Source of the DNA: Eledone cirrhosa
Taxonomy: Eukaryota
DNA: 64,000 bases
NCBI GenBank assembly: GCA_964016885.1
Contig: OZ024740.1
Span: 103,664,001 to 103,728,000, forward strand
Reading direction: 5' to 3'
Shown here: one piece after another, positions 16,282 through 28,844 of the stretch
Numbering within the stretch: position 1 is the stretch's first letter
Layout: each line of letters starts with the position of its first letter
Made by a program: the position numbers and the translations under genes
Notes under the pieces: model-generated
Told to the model about the DNA's origin: nothing
The model's database searches: none
The model's input: the letters and a program-made list of their open reading frames with translations, nothing else

Positions 16282-17600
16282 GAAATTATTGTGTACAGTG
16301 CTCAGGTGCACTACAACTTGTCAAAGGTGCATGTATAGTACATAGAATAATATAAAAAATGTCAGGGAAGTGAATAGTGTATGAGTCATGATATACATGT
16401 GTGCGTGTGTATGGAGGGGGAATATTAGGTGTAGTGTTGGCGAATTTCAGGAAGCATGGAGGTTTTAGAGGATGCAGTGTCTCGACAGCTAATAACTGAT
16501 GCAGGTAGTTTGTTCCATGCTTCAGCAACTCTGAGCGTGAAAAAAATGTTTCTGAAATTCATGGGAACTGTGCTGTTTTCTTACTTTGTGGGCATGTCCA
16601 CGTGTGTTAGACACATGGAAATCTAAAAGGTACTCAGGGTTGTTGTTGGCAAGATGGTTAATAATTTTGTGGGTATTTACCAAGTCAGTTGCCAGATGTC
16701 GGAGCTTCAATGTATCCATGCCCAGGGAAGCAAGGTGGTCAGAGTATGGTAGGTGTCTGATGGAGGGTATTCGCTTGGTTGCACGTCTCTGAACAGTTTC
16801 CAGGAGGTCAATGTTCTGAGCAAGATAGGGGTTCCAGACTGATGATGCGAATTCCAAGTGTGGTCGTATCATAGCTGTATACAGCTTTAAATAGATGGCT
16901 GGAGAACGGCTAACAAAGGTCTTGCTGAGTGATGCCAAGACACCCTCGGCCTTCTTGACAATTTTAGAGATGTTTTTTGTCCAGCGCAAATCGCTGCTGA
17001 CCATAATGCCCAGGTCTCGTTCACAAGAAGGCTTCTTGATATTAGTGTTGTGGAGGGAGTATGTGGACGCTGGGTTTTTACTCCCAAAATGCATGGTGTC
17101 CACAGCTAGCTTGAGTTGCCAGTCTGTGATCCATTGTTGCATTGTGTCCAGGTCAGATTGCAGGCAAATCTAGTGTTCAGGATCTGTCCTTTTTATCTCA
17201 AGGTACAGCTTGATGTCATCTACATATTTCAGTACTGTGGCATTCTTTAAGTTGGCATCTATGTCATTAATATATGCCACAAACAGAAAGGGAGCCAAGA
17301 ACAGATTCCTGTGGTACACCAGATGACATCACATATGGCGAGGTATGCTGTCCTAGAACTGTGACTACCTCTCTTCGACTGAGAATGAAGGACTTCAACC
17401 AGTTAAAAAGATCATCCTTCACACCCATTGCAGAGAGTTTTGTCATAAGTCTTTTGTGTGGCACAGAATTGAAAGCTTTAGCAGTCAAGGTAAACAACAT
17501 CCACAAATGAGCTGCCATCAGTGATCCGGGTGATATCTTCAAGAAACTCGTCAAGTTGATCACAGCAGCTGGAGTTAGGGATAAATCCAAATTGCGAGGG
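16282..17600 (-). mobile_element. 5'-truncated, degenerate CR1/L2-group LINE
   Basis: KAFNSVPH, SGVPQESVLG, KYVDDIK, ERDLGIMV, RPHLEFASSVWNPY, LETVQRRATK, with frameshifts. The 3' UTR recurs at 47635-48096 and 52612-52652. Confidence 0.9.
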
Positions 17601-17617
17601 CCAGATAAGATATATAT

Positions 17618-17780
17618 ATAATTAGTTACAACAGTGGCACATACAGATACTTAAGTTTCATTAGGTTTAATGCCAACTCATTCAGTCTGCCATATTGTAA
17701 TGACAGACTGAACGAATTGTTAAACCCAATGAAACTTATGTATCTGCATGTGTCACTGTGTCACTGTTGTAACCAATTAT
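17618..17780. repeat. Foldback (long imperfect hairpin) element
   Basis: ATTAGTTACAACAGTGGCACATACAGATAC.. pairs with ..GTATCTGCATGTGTCACTG..TTGTAACCAAT. Confidence 0.85.
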
Positions 17781-17874
17781 ACATAACTCGTTCAATGGAC
17801 TGAGTGCTCTATATCCTTGGATATTTATACCAAATTTGTATTACCATATATGTATATATATATGAAAATGTCTT

Positions 17875-17936
<62 letters not shown>

Positions 17937-19499
17937 ATAACAGAAAAGCAATGAAATGTGAACCCCAAGGTTATAAATTGGATAATAGTAGGGATTGAAA
18001 TTTTAGACTTCCGAAAGTGACTATGTTTTGTTCCATAGCCTGTTTGGTAAACATTACAGCCAGTCAGAGTTCCACTTCTGTTTTATTATACACACACACA
18101 TCCCCTCCTCACATAATGCTCTCTAATACTCAACATGTGATGGAAATGAAAAGTATATAGATTTTTTAATGATCCGGTATTGGTGAATTGACATTGGTCA
18201 GTGTGACATGTGGTAATAGGTATATATGAGAGTGTTCTATGGCAATCAGGTCTGATGTTCCAATTATTTAAGACCGCTGCTTTGATGACAAGGCTGGATT
18301 AAATCTTATTGAGGCTCTAAGCCAACATTTCTCAACCTTTTTACCCCCATGGAAACCTTGAAATAGTTTTCATGTCTCAGGGAACCCCTGCATAAAAATG
18401 ATTATATACCATTATTAATATGCATTAGCTTATTTAGCACTGTTTCTCAGGGAACCTTATGATTCTGGAAAACACCGGCTGAGAAATGCTGTTCTATGCA
18501 CTTTAAAAAATTATGCAATGTGGGTTGTTTTCTGGTCTTTATAGTTTATAGTGGTTTGTTATGGAAATATTGAGAGCCCAGGTAGGGCTAGCATAATCCA
18601 TCAAGTAGCTAATAATGTATTGTATGTATGCAGTTGTTATTGCTTTCTGTTAACTAAATGAGGGCTCAAGGTATGCACATTGTTTTGCTTTCTTTATTAT
18701 GTCTTCTACATGTGCTGTGAAGTTGTAGGAGTGTTTGATAAAAGATGTGGTCAATATATGTGACAAGAGGAGTGGTCAGAGTGTGTGAAAAGAAATGTGC
18801 TTAGTGTATCAGTGTACAAGATAAAATAAGTGGTTTATGTACAAAATGTTCTCAGTGTATAATATAAAAATGTATTTCATATGTGATAAAAGATCCGGTC
18901 ATAGCTGGTCAGTGTATGTGATATTGATCACAATATGTGATAAGGCAAATATTCATTACATTTCATAAGTGGTTTGTATATGTCATTCAGTCAGATGAAT
19001 TGGATATCGACTGAAAATCAGTTAGTTTTTCAGTAAGACATATGGGAATGTAAAAATATACAACAAATAAATAATCTTACAATATAACGGTTTTACATTG
19101 TTATATAGCTTCGGGCATTAATCAACACTAAGCTGGGAGGGGGAGGGGGGATATATTTTAAGAATCATCGATGGGAGATAATTCGATGTACACAAGAAAA
19201 CATGAAAACAAATTAATCTCCTCTTGATATTCAATTACACTGGAGTTATCTCCCCTACAAATGTTTAATTTTACCGTTTCTAGATCGTATTTCTAATGAC
19301 ATACATTCTGTTTCAATTAATTATTAATGAATTTTGAGGGATTTACTAAAATTATTAATTATTTCATAGTTAATATTATAACTTAACATATAGTTCCTAT
19401 ATAAAATTTCATTCGAAGATTTGAAATTTAAATAGGAACCCTTTTAAAATCTTTGGTTTTGTTTCATAGAATCAGAGTGGGTTTTGGATGAGTTGTACC

Positions 19500-20735
19500 T
19501 TTATTGCCAACAGGGATAGTAGCTTTCTGAACCTATCTCACTCTGTTCTTATGCTTTTGAAGCATCCACTTACACTTCTAAATGGGTCCACGAGGTAACA
19601 GAAGCTATCAACTACTTGAATTGGAAATAATTTCTTTTACTGGTGTTCTTACTATTACCTACCCCAATGTATTTGCTATACACAAAATCTCTTTTCACAG
19701 TTAACCTGCCACTGTATATAACCACAGTTAACCTGCCACTATATATAACCTCTTGTGCATCCATACTTTACAATGGGTGCATTGTATAGTTTTTATCATA
19801 CATTTGATGCTCTTATAGTTCTTCCTTTCTGGGGCATTACATTTTTCCCTTCTAACATATAATGATGATACTGCTATGCCAATCATTAGGTATAACATCA
19901 TAATTTCAATCAAAAAGCTTCCATGAACTTTGGGCACCCTGCACTTTTTTATACATCATCATCCTACGTATGTATCACATGTCCATACCACCAGGTTCCT
20001 TTCCTGCATGCTGCATCCAATCCCTCTTATGCCCAGTCTCTCTCTTAGTTAATTTATGTTTCGAAGCATACAAGCTTCATTTCTTTCCAATCTTCGTAGG
20101 TCCTTTGTACACAATGCCCATGTCTTGCTTCCATGTAGCATTGGTGTTTGTATACACACATCATAGTATCTGCCTTCCATTTTCAGGGAAAACCCCTTTG
20201 TAGTTAGCAACAGTAGTAGCTCCCTGAAGTTCTTCCATCCCTTTCTCACTCTGGCTTTTGCACATTCAGAACACCCACCTCCACAGTTAATTTGGTCACC
20301 CAGGCTGCAGATGGTGTCATCTACTACTGTTTCCTATAACCTCATGCAGTTTATAGCTCCTGTGCATCTACCACATATAAAGCCTATGTTCTTTGCTAGC
20401 CTGCCTGAGATCCTGCTGCATCTGTTGTGTACCCATAGTTTGCATTTGGGACATAGGATGGAATTTCTACCTACTCCTTTCCCGCACACAGAGCAAGATC
20501 ATTTCCCTGAAGGAATCAAGGCTTTGTTATCTTTCCTACTTACTAGGACTTTAGTCTTTGCCAAGTTGACTTTAAGGCCATCTAAGCTATACTTTTAGGT
20601 GAGGAATTTCTTCTCTTATTCTGCCATGAATTCTGCTATGAGGGTTACATTGTCAGCATATAGGAGTTCCCATGGGTAGCCAGCTTTGAACTTATCCATT
20701 ATGGCTTGCAAGAGGATAATAAAGAGGAGGGGTAA

Positions 20736-20736
<1 letters not shown>
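19500..20736 (-). mobile_element. Old, rearranged RTE LINE fragments
   Basis: PWELLYADN, CSVCGKGVGRNSILCPKCKLWVH, GWKNFRELL, HGSKTWALC. A second VVDSFCYL relic lies at 19500-19620. Confidence 0.85.
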
Positions 20737-20816
<80 letters not shown>

Positions 20817-21027
20817 AAGAGAGAGAAAGAGAGAGAAAGAGAGAAAGAGATTTGTCATTCTAATTTTAAGTTAATTTTCTTAATATCCTTTTTCTTATGC
20901 CTTATTTTATGCCAGTGCAGGATATTAAACGTGTTGTCTCTATAATATTATCTTGTACGAGTCTGCTCTTGATGGAATAAAACACGCTTCAACAACATGT
21001 GTACCTGTCTTTCCCACACCAATTCGG

Positions 21028-21082
21028 ACTGCCTGAAGAGGTCACAGCCAATGATGGCTGTCACCGAAATACATATAGCAGT
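21028..21082 (+). ncRNA. Minimal type I HHR (family shared with 34810)
   Basis: ACUGC-CUGAAGA-GGUCACAGCC AAUGAU GGCUGUCACC-GAAAU-ACAU-AUA-GCAGU. Confidence 0.85.
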
Positions 21083-21344
21083 ATATCTATAATTTATAAT
21101 AAACGAAGACAAATTTTACATATTTGACTTAATTATTTTATATATATATATATATACATAGTAATAATAATAAATGTGAAGACTAAAGTGGGCTTGATAA
21201 GGATAATCTGTTATTTTGATAAATATATATATATACATATACATACACACACACGCATATATATATATATATAAATATATACATATATATATATATATAC
21301 ATACACGCACACGCATATATATATATAAATATATACATACACAC

Positions 21345-22450
21345 ATCATCATCATCATTGTTTAATGTCCATTTTCCACGCTAGCATGGATTAGACAGGA
21401 ATTGTCCCACTTGAGGCAAGGTTGGTCGGGTGACCGTGTCTCGCTCATATAGGACTATCTGGCAGGTTTTCTACGGCTGGATGCCCTTCCTAACACCAAC
21501 CACATTTACAGTGTGGAACTGGGAACTTTTTACCGTGTTACCTACACGGCCACATTACAGCGTGGACTGTGTTTTTTTGTCGTGACACCGACACGATCTC
21601 GATCTCTCATTTATTTGGACTGGATGTTGTGGTACCAACTTTACAGAGAGAGGGTGGTGATGGTGGGAGTGGGAGGATAGGGTAGGGGTAGTGGATTGCG
21701 GTGTATATTTGGTTGAGAGGTGTCTACTGACTGTAGGTTTCGCTTTGTACATAGTTAGTGCAGATCTTCTGTATTACTGCATAGCGCCAAAGATCTCGGT
21801 CCAGTGACATTGTCTTAGAGAGGTGCAAATGTGTAAAATAAGTGGTTTATGTACGAAATGTGCTCAGTGTATAATATAAAAATGTATTTTATATGTGATA
21901 AAAGATGCGGTCATAGCTGAGGTCAGTGTATGTGATATTGATCACAACCAAACTGCATTTCATCTAGATCAATTCGCTCTCTGATTAGTTGCGCTATAAC
22001 TCTTTCTGTGACCTTCATGACCTGGTCAACTAACTTAGCAATCCTGAACACCTCACGTTTTTGGTCCTCATGTTGTAGAACATGCTTGAACTTTCTATCC
22101 TCTGCTTCCCTTTTTGCAAGGTACACTTGTCTCCTAGCTTCTCTCCTGGCCACTTGATAATGCTCTCTACTTCCCCCATCCTGCCATACTTTCCAAGGTT
22201 GCTTTTTGGCCTTGATTGTCTCATCCACCTTACTGTTCCACCACCAAGTTACTCTCCTCCTGCCAATAGGTCTGCTCCAGCCACAGATTTCATCCATTGC
22301 TTTCAGCAGGTTCACTTTCAAGAATTGCCACTGTTCCTCTATATCGCACGTCTCTAATTGCTCTTTCTTATTGTCAAAGGCATCAAGTAATAAGCTTTTA
22401 AATTTCTCACTGGCTATGGGGTCCTTCAACTTCCATATTCTTCTCCTCAA
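21345..22450 (-). mobile_element. Mosaic RTE copy: 3' end, captured local DNA, then an internally deleted ORF piece
   Basis: 21345-21833 is RTE 3' UTR and C-terminus. 21834-21947 matches 18822-18933. 21948-22450 matches ~7165-7257 fused to ~7696-8110. Confidence 0.85.
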
Positions 22451-22477
22451 GATATATATATATACACACACACATAT

Positions 22478-23142
22478 ATGGATGTGTAATAGTAATATAC
22501 GTGAACGGCAAAGCATAAATGAACTAAGGGAGAAATTAAGAATAAGAGGGATCAGATGTTGTTTACTCGAGAGAAGACTACGTTGGTATGGTCATGTGAT
22601 GCACATGAAAGACAGCTGTATAAAAAAGTGCAGGGCGATAAAAATAGATGGTAGCCATGGAGTAGGCAGACCCAGAAAAACCTGGGACGACTTGATAAAT
22701 TCCGACCTCACACACTTACACCTCTCCAAGACAATGTCACTGAACCGAGATCTTTGGTGCTACACAGTAATACAGAAGACCCGCCTTGCCTAAGTACAAA
22801 GCGAAACCTACAGTCAGTAGGCACCTCTTAACAAAAATACACCCCCGTCTCACTACCCCCACCACATCCACACCACCCCTTTCGATGTAAAGTTATGTTG
22901 GTACCACAACATCCAGTCCGAAATAAATGAGATCATGTAGGTGTCATGACAAAAAAACACACAGTCCACGCTGTAATGTGGCCGTGTAGGTAACACGGTA
23001 AAAACCTCCCAGTCCACACTGTAAACGTGGTTGGTGTTAGGAAGGGCATCCAGCCGTAGAAAACCCGCCAGACAGTCCTATGCGAGCAAGACAACCAATC
23101 TTGCCTCAAGTGGAAGATGGACGTTATACGATGATGATGATG
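22478..23142 (+). mobile_element. 5'-truncated RTE LINE 3' fragment
   Basis: WMCNSNIRERQS..RRLRWYGHVM..GRPRKTW, then 3' UTR and (ATG)n tail. Confidence 0.92.
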
Positions 23143-23638
23143 ATATATATATATGGCTGAAACAGGTAAAAGAGTAAAAGAGTATACATACACACACATT
23201 ATATATATATAAACCCTTAATAGCACTACTACCCTATATAAAATTCTACAAAGAAGAATGTGAAGATTAATAAAGGAAGCTTTAGTAATAATAAAACACA
23301 AAGCATCTAGCAACAAACAGCTAGTGCTAGCATATGTGAAATAGACAAAGAAAGTTGTCTCTAATAGTGAAGTAGACAAAGAAATTTGTCCAGAGTTAAC
23401 TGTTTGACAATTTTAAATATAACAAGGATGATCATATCAGTTATAACTGTATTCCCATGACTCTTTGTAGCCTAGTTACAAAATGCATCAACAATACATA
23501 ATATTTTGCTTTCATTCAAATGATGAGACTGAGGTATAGAAACATTAATAGAAACATTAATGAACTTAAGAGTGCTCGTTTCAAACTGAATATAAAGGAC
23601 TTATAAGGATACATAAAAAACAATACACACACACATAC

Positions 23639-23748
23639 ACACATGTGAAACCGTACATAAGTGATACAATAGATCCCTGGTTTGTCTGAGAGATCAGTAC
23701 CCACTGCTTCAATATTGAATTGGCCTTTGAAGACCTGTCCAACGCTTG
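23639..23748 (-). CDS. Candidate divergent alternative CaMKII hub exon
   Basis: TAG acceptor, GTATGT donor, in frame with exon 25707. Encodes ASVGQVFKGQFNIEAVGTDLSDKPGIYCITYVRFHMC; CITYVR resembles CIAYVR at nearly the expected spacing. Confidence 0.35.
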
Positions 23749-24411
23749 CTAGCACAGAAAGTGATGGAGATGTATTATCATTAGAATCTAAATGAAACTT
23801 ATAATATCACAGTTTGACTGGTTCCACATATACTTCCTTTAATGTTCAAAAGATCTGGGAGGATGGGTTGATTGAATATATTCAAATTAAACAAACATTC
23901 TAACAATACTTATAATAATGGTTTCTGATTTAGGCACAAAGCTAACAAAATTGGCTGAAAAGAAAGTCGAGTAATCAACCCCAGTGTGTTGCTGGTACTT
24001 TATTTTATGGAACCCTTAAGGATGAAATGAAAAGCTAACAATCTATATTATAAAAGAAGACATGTTTCTCTGTCTGTCTGTTTTATATGTATATAAGACT
24101 GTAAGAGTGAAAGGGCGAAGCAACCAATTTTTTAAAGTTGAGATGAGAGGAGAAGGGAGATAATGTATGCCATGCTTATAGTTAATTGCAAACTTAAGGG
24201 TTAAAGGTAATAAGATGTGTAGGAGAGGGTGATGGAGAGGAGCCAGTGGGGAGGGGGTACATTGGTTCATATCTATATAATCATTTAGAATTCAAGAAAC
24301 ACAAATATAAAACAAAAACAAAAGAAGGAGATAAAACAAATGTTCTAAATGTTCCAGAAAGTGTTTTTTGTCAATGATATTGTCTATCTTTCTCTCTATC
24401 TTGTTATGTCT

Positions 24412-24468
<57 letters not shown>

Positions 24469-25083
24469 CACACACACATATATATTCAAACAAATATATA
24501 CATATATATTCAAATACACACACTATATGTATATAGTCATATATCATTAGAGAAACTTATTGTATTCTGTACATATATATAAATAATATATATTTTGGAA
24601 ACACCATATGTTTTAAGGTGGAATAACTAAAATTCCTTACAGCGCCTAGAAGCATATTGAAAATCGATCCAAGTAATTGATTATCGATTACCAAATATCG
24701 ATTTTAGTACAGCTCCGGGAAACATGGAACTAATCATCAGAGGAAAATTTTATCATTATAATATCAATAGAATACTAACACTTCCATGTTTGTGAAATTC
24801 TAGTAAGTGTTTATCAACGAGATGTCACAATTGAACCTTTACAGATAAACAACAGATAAGTAATTAGCAACTATATGTATGTATATGCGTGTATATTTGT
24901 ATGTATATATATATATATATATGCATATATATATATATAATATAATTACAATTTAGCTTCAGGCATAGTTGTATACAGATATGTATTGGAGTTTCGTATT
25001 TCAGAAGAAATACGGTGTTTAAAATAAACATTTAGAGAGCCGTAGCTATGCCAAAACACCAGCGACTAACATCATCTGGCAGT

Positions 25084-25178
25084 GTCCAGCAGAAGCAAGG
25101 GGTACAATCGTGGATGCTCATTTCGAACTGAATTGGTTCTCATCAGCACGATCCCTCCCACTCTTGCAACTGCTGGAC
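25084..25178 (-). ncRNA. Type I HHR with long stem I, sense to the CaMKII pre-mRNA
   Basis: GUCCAGCAG..GCAAG..GGG AUCGUG-CUGAUGA-GAAC CAAUUCA GUUC-GAAAU-GAGC-AUC-CACGAU UGUA CCC CUUGC..CUGCUGGAC. Confidence 0.88.
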
Positions 25179-25614
25179 TTTAAAAACAGGTGAGAATATA
25201 TGGTTTTCTCGTCTGTGTAACTGAGATGATTAATCTCATTTGCATATATATATAGGTTTCTGTTAAGTTTGTTCAAGAAATCGAATGTTACTTATTTACT
25301 CATTTTCGTCCATAAAGCAATGGATCATGTATTAGTCCTAATAACACTGGTGTTAGATCTATAGATGTGTTCACATAAAGTTGCTTATCTTTGTCTAAGG
25401 TTTGAACATTGAACATTTTTACATTGATAATAACAATAATGGTGAAATGTATGTTGAAGTTCCACATGTAAATGATGAAACTAAGACAACATGACTTTGT
25501 ATATGATCTGGCTTGTTTTCTTGTTACCATATAAGCTAATATATAAAGAAGGCCAGGTATGGCTCATTTGAATAAACAGGGTTGTAGGAATTGGCAGCTT
25601 GACTGTGTGCATGT

Positions 25615-25661
<47 letters not shown>

Positions 25662-25706
25662 GATAGGGAAAGAAAAACAAAACAAAACAGAGTACCATTG
25701 ACTTAC

Positions 25707-25801
25707 CGTGATCAAAATAGAATTTATGAAAATCCATTCCAACTATCAGATTTCCCAAAGCTTCTGGTTCAAAGCTTGTGACATGAGGGTCAACAAATCT
25801 T
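25707..25801 (-). CDS. CaMKII: CaMKII association (hub) domain exon
   Basis: TTTCAG|..|GTAAGT, 95 nt. Encodes (T)[31 protein letters not shown], the hallmark CaMKII hub motif. Confidence 0.97.
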
Positions 25802-26715
25802 CTGAAAGATAATATCAAGAGGTGATAGAAATGTTTACTTTGTTAAAAATGTGACCATATACACACAACTCTATTTTAATTAATTTAGGATTTTAAGATA
25901 GTTATTGAGAGTTTCATTACTAATATAATAACTTAACATATGGTTCTTATATAAAATTATGTTGGAAGATTTTTAATATAAAAAGTAACTATTTAAAATG
26001 TATGGTTTTTGTTTTGTAGGATCAGAGCCAGTTTATAGAACTCATGGCAAGGCTCATAATGAAAACAGATTCTTCATATTTAGAGTATCAAGCCAAACAG
26101 GAGGAACATCATTTTGATCATGGCTAACCATGGGCAGATGTACAAGCCCAGGCAAGGGTTTTTTTTGGAGGATCAGCAATCGACAATGTATGCTAGTCTT
26201 CCCTCTCCACACCACCAATGTAGTCCAAGGGAGAGGCGAAGACTGATGCAGCTTGGCACTAGTGATGTTGCAACTCATTTTTTCCAGCCGAGTTGAGTGA
26301 AGCAATGTGAAATAAAGTGTCTTGCTTAAGGATACAATGTGTACCCTGATCCAGGAATCAAATTCAAACCTCATGATAGCGAGTACAACATTTTAACCAC
26401 TAAAGGTAAATATTGAGGTAACTGAGTCATACCAGTAACCAGTAATGTTTGAAGTTCAAATTAACTCGACAATCAACAAGATGAGATAAATCTTTTCATC
26501 ACTGGTATAATCCATAAAAGTATTTAAGAATCAAACAACATGGAAGCAAATCTGACAAGTGTTATGAATGCTATGGGACAGAACAAATAAATAATAATGC
26601 AAAAATATGAAAAATTAAGTAATTTTATTCTTCTATCACATGTTTCTACAAAGACAATAAATAGTAAAAACCTTGCTGAAGCTCCATTATTTGTATTTAT
26701 ATATATTACTCTACC

Positions 26716-27400
26716 ATCGAGTGCTTTGTAACAGTCTTCAAAGATCGGGTGCTAATCTGCTACTTGCAGCTGTAACTTCGATTATACTCATCACTATTAT
26801 TATTTTCTCCTAGCCTTTATAATTAATTAATTAATTGATTGTCTAATTGTTTGTTTCAAAACCTAGTTGAAAGCCTACCTTGAGACTGTGAATAAATCCT
26901 TTGTTCACACTTTTGAACATACCCACCAAAACATAGGAAACTGACCTTCCTCTTTTGAGAAAGGACACGTGACCTCGCTGCCAAATTTACTGCTACAGTC
27001 GAATGGCAGTGTTGTCTCAGAACCCGATGAAAGTGGATACTTGGAACAAAAAACTTGTTGACGAAGGGAAATCCCCGTTCCATCTTGGGGTACATTACTG
27101 ACTTGCATATATATTACCCAACTTGGAGCATAACTTCCAGATTCCCAGAAACCTTGATTAATATTTATCGATCAGGTCCAGGTTCATCTATAAACTGTCT
27201 GTATTTTTCGTTGTAGTATTAATGTGATAACATGCCCCTGGTCGCATTATTCATTGCGTCACTATTACCTAACTTCTTGTGTTCACTCTGGGGAGGAATT
27301 TATTAATTACTGTATCATTGAGTGCTTTGTAACAGTCTTCGAAGATCAGATGCTAATCTGCTATTTGCAGCTGCAACTTCGATTATACTCATTACTATTA
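26716..27400 (+). mobile_element. ~600-nt-period element with ~85-bp terminal direct repeats and an internal HHR
   Basis: CATCGAGTGCTTTGTAACAGTCTTC..ACTATTAT at ~26716-26800 and ~27317-27400. TA-flanked. Confidence 0.75.
27052..27184 (+). ncRNA. Type I HHR-like motif with expanded stems II and III (C3 changed to U)
   Basis: AACUUG-UUGACGA-AGGGAAAU..(hairpin)..AUUCCCA-GAAAC-CUUGAU..AUCAG-GUC-CAGGUU. Confidence 0.6.
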
Positions 27401-27415
27401 TATATATATATGTAT

Positions 27416-27685
27416 GTTGTGTAGGTGACACGACCAAAAGCACCCAGTCCACCCTGTAAAGTGGTCGTGTAGGAGACACGGTAAAAAGGATCCCAGTCCA
27501 CACTGTAAAGTGGTCGTGTAGGAGACATGGTAAAAAGGCTCCCAGTCCACACTGTAAATGTGGTTGGTGTTAAGAAGGGCATCCAGCCATAGAAAACCTG
27601 CCAGAAACAGTTCTGTACGAGCGAGAGATGGTCACTTGACCAAGCTTGTCTCAAGTGGGACAAACCCGTCCAACCCATGATGCTA
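27416..27685 (+). mobile_element. RTE 3'-UTR fragment with triplicated ~40-bp subunit
   Basis: CCCAGTCCACACTGTAAAGTGGTCGTGTAGG repeats, then GGTTGGTGTTAAGAAGGGCATCC. Confidence 0.8.
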
Positions 27686-27960
27686 TATATCATAATCTGA
27701 ATGTTGACTGAAGCATTTTATGACTAATTTTGTTAATATTTGTCTTCAGAGAAGGTAGAAATGATCAAGGAAGCAATATAATAGCATGATATATGATAAA
27801 CAATGTAGCACTATTAAAAACTCTTTTTGTAGAAACATGTCAGAAGAATGATTTAATTTTTCATTTTGGCATCATATATAGGTGTGTGTATGTGTGCATT
27901 TATGTTTATGTATACATGTAAATACATATACACATATACATACACGTGCAAGTTTTATTT

Positions 27961-28194
27961 TTTTACTATGAATAATAGTCAAACAAATTGGACATAAAAG
28001 CCCCTGGATGGAAAAAGCTGACAGGATCACCTGGCAACTTTTTTCCATCCAGGAGTTTTTATGTCCAATTTGTTAGATTATTTTTCATAGTAAAAGTTGT
28101 TGAAGCTTCTAACTTTAGGTTAAATTTCAATAAATACATATCCACTCAATATTTCTATTTTTAGAAACATTGAGTGGATATATATTTATTGAAA
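27961..28194. repeat. Double-hairpin foldback element
   Basis: Hairpins at 27961-28095 and 28125-28194. Confidence 0.85.
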
Positions 28195-28275
28195 ATTAAT
28201 ATATATATATATATATATATATCAAGTGGGAAAACTCCCGCCCAAACCCATGCAAGCGTGGAACATGGACGTTAA

Positions 28276-28308
<33 letters not shown>

Positions 28309-28310
28309 TA

Positions 28311-28354
<44 letters not shown>

Positions 28355-28844
28355 CGTACACACACACACACATATATTGTTATACTTTGGGAGGGTCATG
28401 CTGCCAATAAAAACACATGCACCTGTTGCATTTCACTTCAATTTGTTATTTAATTTCCCAGTCAGTTAGTTTAATAACTGGATAGTTGTTTAGTTGTTGA
28501 TTGTCAAAGCTCTTTTGTCACACATTCTGTGACCTCCTCAGTATCTACTTTTGTTACTTTGTGTCTACTCTTTGTTCTATTTTACACCATCTTGTCTTTG
28601 TGAGCTCACAAAGACAAGATGGCTAAGTGATCAGTCTTATTACTCAGGAGTTTCACCTATGTACTCACAGGATAATTACATAATTCAAGTCTCATTATTT
28701 TGTTCCATCACTTAGTCATAATAAAGATTATTATTAAACTCTACTTTAGCTCTAAGTACTCATTCTCGTGTCCATCAACATCACCCAAATATATATTATA
28801 TATACACATACATATGTATGTATGCAAATTTATATGCCCACATA

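Noticed and set aside
19572-19658. Apparent minus-strand exon with GTAAGT donor
   Set aside because: It is a decayed RTE RT segment (VVDSFCYL).
24600-24860. TA-flanked multi-hairpin island
   Set aside because: Could not assemble a convincing ribozyme core on either strand.
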